NCBI GenBank assembly: GCA_021794205.1 | Contig: JAJYRH010000010.1 | Location: 5,566-69,565 of the forward strand | DNA length: 64,000 bases | Direction: 5' to 3' | Source of the DNA: a bacterium | GTDB lineage: Bacteria; Vulcanimicrobiota; Vulcanimicrobiia; Vulcanimicrobiales; Vulcanimicrobiaceae | Shown: positions 58,826 to 64,000 of the stretch, piece after piece | Layout: each line of letters opens with the position of its first letter | How positions within the stretch are numbered: the stretch's first letter is position 1 | Program-made: the position numbers and the translations under genes | The notes under the pieces: model-generated | Seen by the model: only the letters and a program-made list of their open reading frames with translations | Told to the model about the DNA's origin: nothing | Databases searched by the model: none

Positions 58826-59271
58826 GGTGCCCCAAAGGGTGCCGCAACCGGCGCAGCCGCGGTAATGCTGCTGCCCGGCACGGGCATTCGCCGTTCGACG
58901 ACCAACGTCGCCTCGCGCGCGAGGGTTCCCGAAGCACCGCGACCGCTCGCGCGCACGCGTATCGTAAACGCGCCGTCCGGAAGCGATGCGATTGAAAGCG
59001 AGATCTGCGCGGGAATCGGCGAGCCCGCCGGCATCGGCAACGCCGTCGCGATCTCGGCGGGTTGGAGCGAGGACCCCTCGTATTTCATCGCATCGGCAGC
59101 GATGCGAACCTCCTCGTGCGCCGCCGCAGCGAGAACGTCGGCGGTGACGCCGCTCTGAAACGCCGCGCCTTCGCGCACGAGCCCGCTGCCGACCGCGGCG
59201 AAGAGCACCGCGATGAGGCCTGCGGCGATCGTCGTCTCCAATGCGGTAAAGCCTCGCGCGCGTACCCTCAT
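58822..59271 (-). CDS. Prepilin-type N-terminal cleavage/methylation domain protein (pseudopilin-like, 149 aa)
   Basis: From ATG 59271, MRVRARG|FTALETTIAAGLIAVLFAAVG matches the G/FTxxE class III signal peptide plus hydrophobic helix. The track ORF 58822..59454 extends the N-terminus implausibly. Confidence 0.6.
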   Translation of the reverse strand: MRVRARGFTALETTIAAGLIAVLFAAVGSGLVREGAAFQSGVTADVLAAAAHEEVRIAADAMKYEGSSLQPAEIATALPMPAGSPIPAQISLSIASLPDGAFTIRVRASGRGASGTLAREATLVVERRMPVPGSSITAAAPVAAPFGAP

Positions 59272-59374
59272 GCGGGCGGAGGTTCCCACTTTGCGGCGCG
59301 ATGCGACGGATCGATGTGCCTCTGCTTGGACCGCTTGCAGAGCAAGCGAGCGCGCGCTATAGTGAACCTGGGCT

Positions 59375-59878
59375 ATGAAGCGATCCCTTCCGCTCTCGGT
59401 TGTGTTCCCCGCCCTCGCCGCGGCGCTCGTTGCGATCGGCCTCGCTTCCGGCATGCCGTCTCCGAGAACGAATCCCTGCGCGTTACTGACGCGAGCGGAT
59501 GCGCGCCGCGCCCTTGGGGTGCAGCCGCGCCCCGGCGTCGCCGCGCCGGCAGGCGATTATGCGCCGCCGAATGCGCCGAAGACGACTTGCGCGTACTTTG
59601 GCGCTCCGAAGGGCTACGTGCGCGTCAGCTATATGGGAGACGCGCGTAGCTACGAAACGTTTCGCAAACAGGTAGCCGGCGACGTCGTCGACCTTCATGG
59701 GATCGGAGATGCAGCCCTTTGGGTGAAGAGCGACGCGGAGATCATCCACGTCCTGAAACACGGGTTTGCATTTGCCGTTCTGCTGCACTTCCAAAGCGAT
59801 AACGCCGCCCTCAACGATCCGAAGATGCCGTTGCCGCAATTAATCCAACTCGCCACGGTTGCCGCATCTCGGCTCTGA
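59375..59878 (+). CDS. Secreted hypothetical protein
   Basis: Signal peptide MKRSLPLSVVFPALAAALVAIGLASG. No family recognised. Confidence 0.45.
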   Translation: MKRSLPLSVVFPALAAALVAIGLASGMPSPRTNPCALLTRADARRALGVQPRPGVAAPAGDYAPPNAPKTTCAYFGAPKGYVRVSYMGDARSYETFRKQVAGDVVDLHGIGDAALWVKSDAEIIHVLKHGFAFAVLLHFQSDNAALNDPKMPLPQLIQLATVAASRL

Positions 59879-59879
59879 G

Positions 59880-60464
59880 ATGCGCACGAGAGGAGCTATC
59901 GTGAATCGCATCGTTCTTGTCGCCGTTCTCTTTCTCGCCTGTTCGTCGTTCGTCTCCGCCGCCCCATTCGTTCCCACGCGCGGCGCGGTCAAGGGCGATA
60001 TCGTTCGCATGAATCAACTCTTTCACATCGAGGACGATAATCTGCGCGTCGCCTCGATTCGATGGATTTCATCCTCCGATCCACTCGCGACGACGATTTC
60101 GAATCTTCCGCAGATGCCGTCGCCGACCGCCCCGAACGGCTATCTCCTTTTTACCGTGCCGCAAAAGAATACGTCGAAAAATCCGCAGCCCGCTCAGTAT
60201 TTGAAGATTACGGTCTTTTATAAGGACGGAACCCAGGCCGACGACGGCGATGGCGTGCCGTGGTCGACGGCGTACAAACAATTACTCTATAACACGACGT
60301 ATTATCCCGGCGAAGGGGTGACTACCTATTTTATCATCGCGAACGTGCCGCAGCCGACGCAGCAAAATCCGATTACCAAGCTCGTTTTGAGCGATCCGGA
60401 GATGCAGAACGATCCCGGATATCCGAAGCTCTATCGGTTGCTCGAACCGATCGTAACGCCGTAA
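59880..60464 (+). CDS. Secreted hypothetical protein (lower-GC gene)
   Basis: From ATG 59880: MRTRGAIVNRIVLVAVLFLACSSFVSA signal peptide, then a beta-rich mature part. No family recognised. Confidence 0.45.
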   Translation: MRTRGAIVNRIVLVAVLFLACSSFVSAAPFVPTRGAVKGDIVRMNQLFHIEDDNLRVASIRWISSSDPLATTISNLPQMPSPTAPNGYLLFTVPQKNTSKNPQPAQYLKITVFYKDGTQADDGDGVPWSTAYKQLLYNTTYYPGEGVTTYFIIANVPQPTQQNPITKLVLSDPEMQNDPGYPKLYRLLEPIVTP

Positions 60465-60471
60465 CGATCCA

Positions 60472-61608
60472 TCACGGGCGCTCCGAGCGGCGATTTCCCC
60501 AGGTTTGCAACGGGCGCTCGAACCAGTAGGTGAGTGCCGTGGCGACGGCGATGGAGAGCGCGAAGGCGAGCAGCGTAAACGACCATTGCCACTGCGGATC
60601 GTACTGCGGCGTTCCGATATAGGGCGGGAAGCGATGGATGAGGAGTTCCCGCGCGATCATCTGATGGTAGAGATAGAGCGCGTAGGAAATCGCACCGAAG
60701 AACACGAGCGGGCGATTGGCGAGGAGGCGTTGGAGCGGGCGAGGCGCGAGCAACGCGCCCAATGCGATCAGCGCAAACGCGAGCGCCAAGAGATCGCGAT
60801 GGGTCGCCGCCCAAACCGCCGCCCACTGATTGGCGAGGCGAAAGGCGTAGAGCGACTCCAGGAGCGCGATGCAGCCGATCGTCCCGACGACGAAGGAGCC
60901 CGTCCCAACGAGGTGTTGTCGCGTTTCGCTCCAGCGCGCGCGCGCTTCGAAAAGGAGCGACGCGGAGAGCATGCCGAAGGCGAAGCAACTGAGGAATGCC
61001 GGAAGATCTTGATCGAGGTAGACGATTCCAGCATGCGCGCAGCACGCGACCGCATGCAAACGCCAGAGGAGTGAGAGCGCGACCAGGGTCGCCGCGGTCG
61101 CGAACCGGGCGCGACGGAAGCACCACCACATCAGCGGAAAGATCGCGTAGAACTCGACCTCGACGGCGAGCGTCCAGAGCACGCCGTTAATCGCACCGGC
61201 GCTTTGCGGAAACCACGTGTGGATGAAGAGCAGATGCGTGAGGAGATCGGGAATGGCTCCGGCACCGCCCTGCCGTGCCGCGTACCCGATCGCGTAGGCG
61301 ACGGCGATGGAGAGCAGATAGGAGGGGGCGATCTTCCAAAATCTGCGGAGATAAAAATGCCGCCACGAAGGTGGCGGCGTTCCCGCTATTGCGGCGCGTG
61401 CGAAGGGCAGCGTGATGACGGTACCGCTCAAAAAGAAGAAGAGCGCGACACCGATGAAGCCCGTCTCGGGAAGAAACTCGAGCTGCGACAGCGGAGCGGG
61501 AAGCCATGAGATCTCCCAGACGTGATACCAGAGCACGAGCAGAATCGCGACGCCGCGGAGGCCGTCGAGGACGTCGAACCGTGGGGCGTGCGTCGCGGGC
61601 GCGTTCAA
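60472..61608 (-). CDS. Acyltransferase family 3 (OafA/YrhL-like) membrane O-acyltransferase
   Basis: FDVLDGLRGVAILLVLWYH at the N-terminus and ~10 TM segments. Confidence 0.8.
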   Translation of the reverse strand: MNAPATHAPRFDVLDGLRGVAILLVLWYHVWEISWLPAPLSQLEFLPETGFIGVALFFFLSGTVITLPFARAAIAGTPPPSWRHFYLRRFWKIAPSYLLSIAVAYAIGYAARQGGAGAIPDLLTHLLFIHTWFPQSAGAINGVLWTLAVEVEFYAIFPLMWWCFRRARFATAATLVALSLLWRLHAVACCAHAGIVYLDQDLPAFLSCFAFGMLSASLLFEARARWSETRQHLVGTGSFVVGTIGCIALLESLYAFRLANQWAAVWAATHRDLLALAFALIALGALLAPRPLQRLLANRPLVFFGAISYALYLYHQMIARELLIHRFPPYIGTPQYDPQWQWSFTLLAFALSIAVATALTYWFERPLQTWGNRRSERP

Positions 61609-61625
61609 ATGTATGTATTAACCTA

Positions 61626-61664
61626 TTGACACAAAAACGAGGTTTGTATTAGTATAGCAATACA
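61626..61664 (+). promoter_or_regulatory. AT-rich promoter with perfect -35 TTGACA and an overlapping palindromic operator TGTATTAG-TA-TAGCAATACA
   Basis: TTGACA lies at 61626-61631, and TATTAG/TTAGTA candidates for the -10 lie 15-17 nt downstream. The palindrome TGTATT...AATACA at 61645-61664 has the GT...AC symmetry typical of GntR-family operators. A GntR gene lies in the downstream operon. Confidence 0.45.
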
Positions 61665-61697
61665 ATAGAAAACCAAATACACCTTTAGGAGCTCGCG

Positions 61698-62417
61698 ATG
61701 CCGTCGTTGCCTTTCATGGAACGAATCATGGTCTCTGCCGTGTCGATCTTTTCCGGGATCATCTATCTCTTGGTCGCCCTGCGCGTGAAGGGGAGCGGCA
61801 AGGTATCCGCCTCGGCGCGAATGGTGACTGCGGCGTTCGCATTCCTGATCGCGGGGCTCGTCGCTCTACGCGAGCTCGATCCGGTCGTAGGGTATAGCCT
61901 CACCGCGCTCTCGCTCGTCGCCGTCTCGATCGCCGACTTCGTTCGCAGCGAGCGCACGCGCGTGCGACGCATCGCCGCGCTCGCTCCTCGACCGGTCGTG
62001 GAGTATGTACCCATGGTGTGGATCGCCGTTACGCTGCTCTCGTCGTTGGCACTCATGCCGTTTTTACAGTTCGGAATCGAACGTCTTCCCGCGGCGATCG
62101 CGGGTGCGTGCGTGCTCGCGATGGCTACTATAGCGTGGCGCATCGCGAGTGCTCCGACGCAGCTCACCAGCGCGAATCCCGCGAGCGAGCGAATCTGCGA
62201 GCAAGTCTCGCGCATTCGCGATAGCGGCATGGCGTGCGTGTTGGCGTGCGGCATCGTGTTCGTTTTCGTCAATTTCGTGAACGGGACGCTCCCGACGATC
62301 GTAGGAGTCGAACGCTTCTGGGCGCTAGCGACGTTCGTTGCCTGGGTCGGGATTTGGATTTGGACCATCGCGTACGCAAAACGGCTCTCTCGCACGATGC
62401 CCGTCGTCGCCCCATGA
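61698..62417 (+). CDS. Multi-pass membrane protein (hypothetical), first gene of the GntR operon
   Basis: 239 aa with ~6-7 hydrophobic segments. Its stop overlaps the GntR start (ATGA). Confidence 0.5.
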   Translation: MPSLPFMERIMVSAVSIFSGIIYLLVALRVKGSGKVSASARMVTAAFAFLIAGLVALRELDPVVGYSLTALSLVAVSIADFVRSERTRVRRIAALAPRPVVEYVPMVWIAVTLLSSLALMPFLQFGIERLPAAIAGACVLAMATIAWRIASAPTQLTSANPASERICEQVSRIRDSGMACVLACGIVFVFVNFVNGTLPTIVGVERFWALATFVAWVGIWIWTIAYAKRLSRTMPVVAP

Positions 62418-62803
62418 GCGAACTCTTTCTCGCGGTCGATCCCGATCTCGAACTCCCGCCGTTTCAACAGATCGTCGATCAACTACGTGCGTTTATCGAA
62501 CGCGGCGAACTTCGGCCGGGCGATCCATTGCCGACGGTTCGCCAGCTCGCGGGCGACCTCGGCGTCGCCCCGAATACCGTCGCGCGCGCGTACGCCGAGT
62601 TGCAAGAACGTGGGTGGCTATCGAGCGAAGGCCGCCGCGGAACGCACGTCGCTCGGGAGACGCCGGCGAGCAACAAGCGCGCGCGCGCGACGGCGTTGCG
62701 CGAAGCGATCGTGCAATTTCTCACCACCCTCGCGCATCGCGGGTACTCGCCGAAGGAGATCGCGGTGCAAATAGAGAGCGAACTTCGAACGCGAACTCAA
62801 TAA
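62414..62803 (+). CDS. GntR-family transcriptional regulator, short YtrA-like type
   Basis: From ATG 62414: PPFQQIVDQLRAFIERGELRPGDPLPTVRQLAGDLGVAPNTVARAYAELQERGWL is a GntR winged helix-turn-helix, followed by a short C-terminal domain (129 aa in total). Confidence 0.85.
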   Translation: MSELFLAVDPDLELPPFQQIVDQLRAFIERGELRPGDPLPTVRQLAGDLGVAPNTVARAYAELQERGWLSSEGRRGTHVARETPASNKRARATALREAIVQFLTTLAHRGYSPKEIAVQIESELRTRTQ

Positions 62804-62816
62804 TGAGGAAAGAATT

Positions 62817-64000
62817 GTGAAACGACCGATCTCCGCGATGCTCGCGCCGGCCATCCTGCTCGCTCTCGTACCGCTTTCGGTGAGCGCGGCGCACGACGAC
62901 GGCGTCGTTCCCAACCCGGCGCTCGGCGCCGTCGCCGCGAAGGCGTTCGCTCGCGCGTTTACGCCGGGGCTCGCCGTCGCCGTCGTGCACGATGGGAAGC
63001 TCGTGTACGCCGAGGGATTCGGCTATGCCGGCCCCGCGCGTTCGGAGCGCGTCACTCCGCAGACACCGTTCGCCATCGGATCGATTACCAAGCAAATGAC
63101 GGCGTTGCTCGCACTCCGACTCGTGCAACGGCATCGGCTCGCGCTCGACGAGCCGATCGCGCGCTGGTTGCCGATGCTGCCGAACGCTCGCGCGATAACC
63201 GTGCGCGAGCTGCTCGATCAAACGAGCGGCTTACACAACTATCCCGATTTGATGGAACATCGGTGGCCGACGCAGGGGCGCATTCGCCTCGCACGGATCT
63301 TGGCGATTCTCGCGAAGGATCGCTCCGATTTCGTACCCGGCACGCGATGGGAGTACTCGAACGCGAATTACACCGCGCTCGCCGCGATCGAATCGGCGGT
63401 GACCGGCGTACCGTACGGCACGCTTCTTCGGCGGGAGATCTTTTCGCGATTACGCATGAAGCGAAGCGGCTATGGCGTTTCGGCGCAAGCGCTCCCGGGC
63501 ATCGCCGTTCCCTTTCTCGCGGCGAAGAACGGCTTCCAGCCCGTGCCCGCGACGCAGCGCCTCTCGCTCGATCTCTACTCGGGCGCGGGCGGCGTCGTCG
63601 CGAGCGCCGACGATCTCGCTCGATGGGATATCGCGCTGCTCGGAGGGCATCTCCTCACGCCGGCGATGGACCGGCTCTGGTGGAGCCCCGGTCGCCTCGC
63701 CGACGGCGCGGCGACGCAGTACGGCATGGGCTGGGTCGTCGGTCGCCTCGATGGGCAACGCGAGCTCTGGCATAACGGCTTCGCGCCGGGGGCCGGCGGC
63801 TTCTGTTGGAACGCCCTCTTCCCCGATGAGGGCCTGGGGATCGTCGTCCTCGCCAACGCCGGCAGCTTCGCGGCGGCGGGCGACGCGCCGCTGCGCCGAC
63901 TCGTCGCGGCGATCGCCCGCGCGGCGCTCCCCTCAGCCTTCGCGGAGCGCCCGGCGGCCGGGGAGAACCCCGCCGTGACGCGCCTCGTCGAAGCGCTCTG
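62817..64000 (+). CDS. Beta-lactamase-family serine hydrolase (class C / PBP-like), partial; runs off the window end
   Basis: My translation from GTG 62817 (RBS GAGGAAAG) shows a signal peptide, then FAIGSITKQMTA (SxxK), WEYSNANY (YxN), and later LWHNGFAPG (HxG-type). It is not in the ORF track because it is open at the window end. Confidence 0.8.
   Translation, partial: MKRPISAMLAPAILLALVPLSVSAAHDDGVVPNPALGAVAAKAFARAFTPGLAVAVVHDGKLVYAEGFGYAGPARSERVTPQTPFAIGSITKQMTALLALRLVQRHRLALDEPIARWLPMLPNARAITVRELLDQTSGLHNYPDLMEHRWPTQGRIRLARILAILAKDRSDFVPGTRWEYSNANYTALAAIESAVTGVPYGTLLRREIFSRLRMKRSGYGVSAQALPGIAVPFLAAKNGFQPVPATQRLSLDLYSGAGGVVASADDLARWDIALLGGHLLTPAMDRLWWSPGRLADGAATQYGMGWVVGRLDGQRELWHNGFAPGAGGFCWNALFPDEGLGIVVLANAGSFAAAGDAPLRRLVAAIARAALPSAFAERPAAGENPAVTRLVEAL

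Overview
A 64 kb, visibly GC-rich chromosomal segment (roughly two-thirds G+C by eye, not computed) from a flagellated bacterium. Coding density is high, and many of the long track ORFs are wrong-frame or antisense shadows. The supported content, in order, is as follows. (1) A membrane pyrophosphatase (partial) and a soluble pyrophosphatase. (2) A cheR-cheB-fliA-orf-fliK-flhB(C-terminal)-like block. (3) ftsY-recA-recX. (4) A 670 bp intergenic tract of degenerate tandem repeats. (5) A tightly packed string of a response regulator, a soluble histidine kinase, a degenerate HPRT-like ORF, a GH125 hydrolase and purA. (6) A fliF-G-H-I-J-ylxF-like block running straight into trpE-trpG. (7) rpoB and rpoC, which are not adjacent: two opposite-strand secreted-protein or lipoprotein genes lie between them, rpoC has its own promoter-like site, and rpoB carries a long acidic C-terminal tail. 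(8) A small oxidative-stress islet containing the most interesting feature. This is an AhpE-like peroxiredoxin whose reading frame is interrupted only by a TGA exactly at the peroxidatic cysteine of the PxxxTxxC motif, making it a candidate selenoprotein. It is invisible in the ORF track, which lists only the part downstream of the TGA. (9) A second two-component pair followed by a 1093-aa TonB-dependent-receptor-like protein with a duplicated Cys-pair C-terminal extension. (10) An IS3 transposase relic next to a lower-GC islet. (11) A CoA-dependent aerobic aromatic-acid cluster of the 2-aminobenzoyl-CoA / salicylyl-CoA type: a fused monooxygenase-OYE reductase, an SDR, an enoyl-CoA hydratase, an acyl-CoA dehydrogenase, a CoA ligase and RidA. 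It is flanked by two DUF3311 + sodium:solute symporter pairs. (12) An EamA transporter, a hydrolase, an orphan pseudopilin pair, secreted proteins and an acyltransferase. (13) A sharply AT-rich promoter/operator island in front of a membrane-protein/GntR(YtrA-like) pair, then a partial beta-lactamase-family hydrolase. I recognised no rRNA, tRNA, CRISPR array, intact mobile element or defence system. All homology statements come from motif recognition by eye and from memory of the families, not from database searches.
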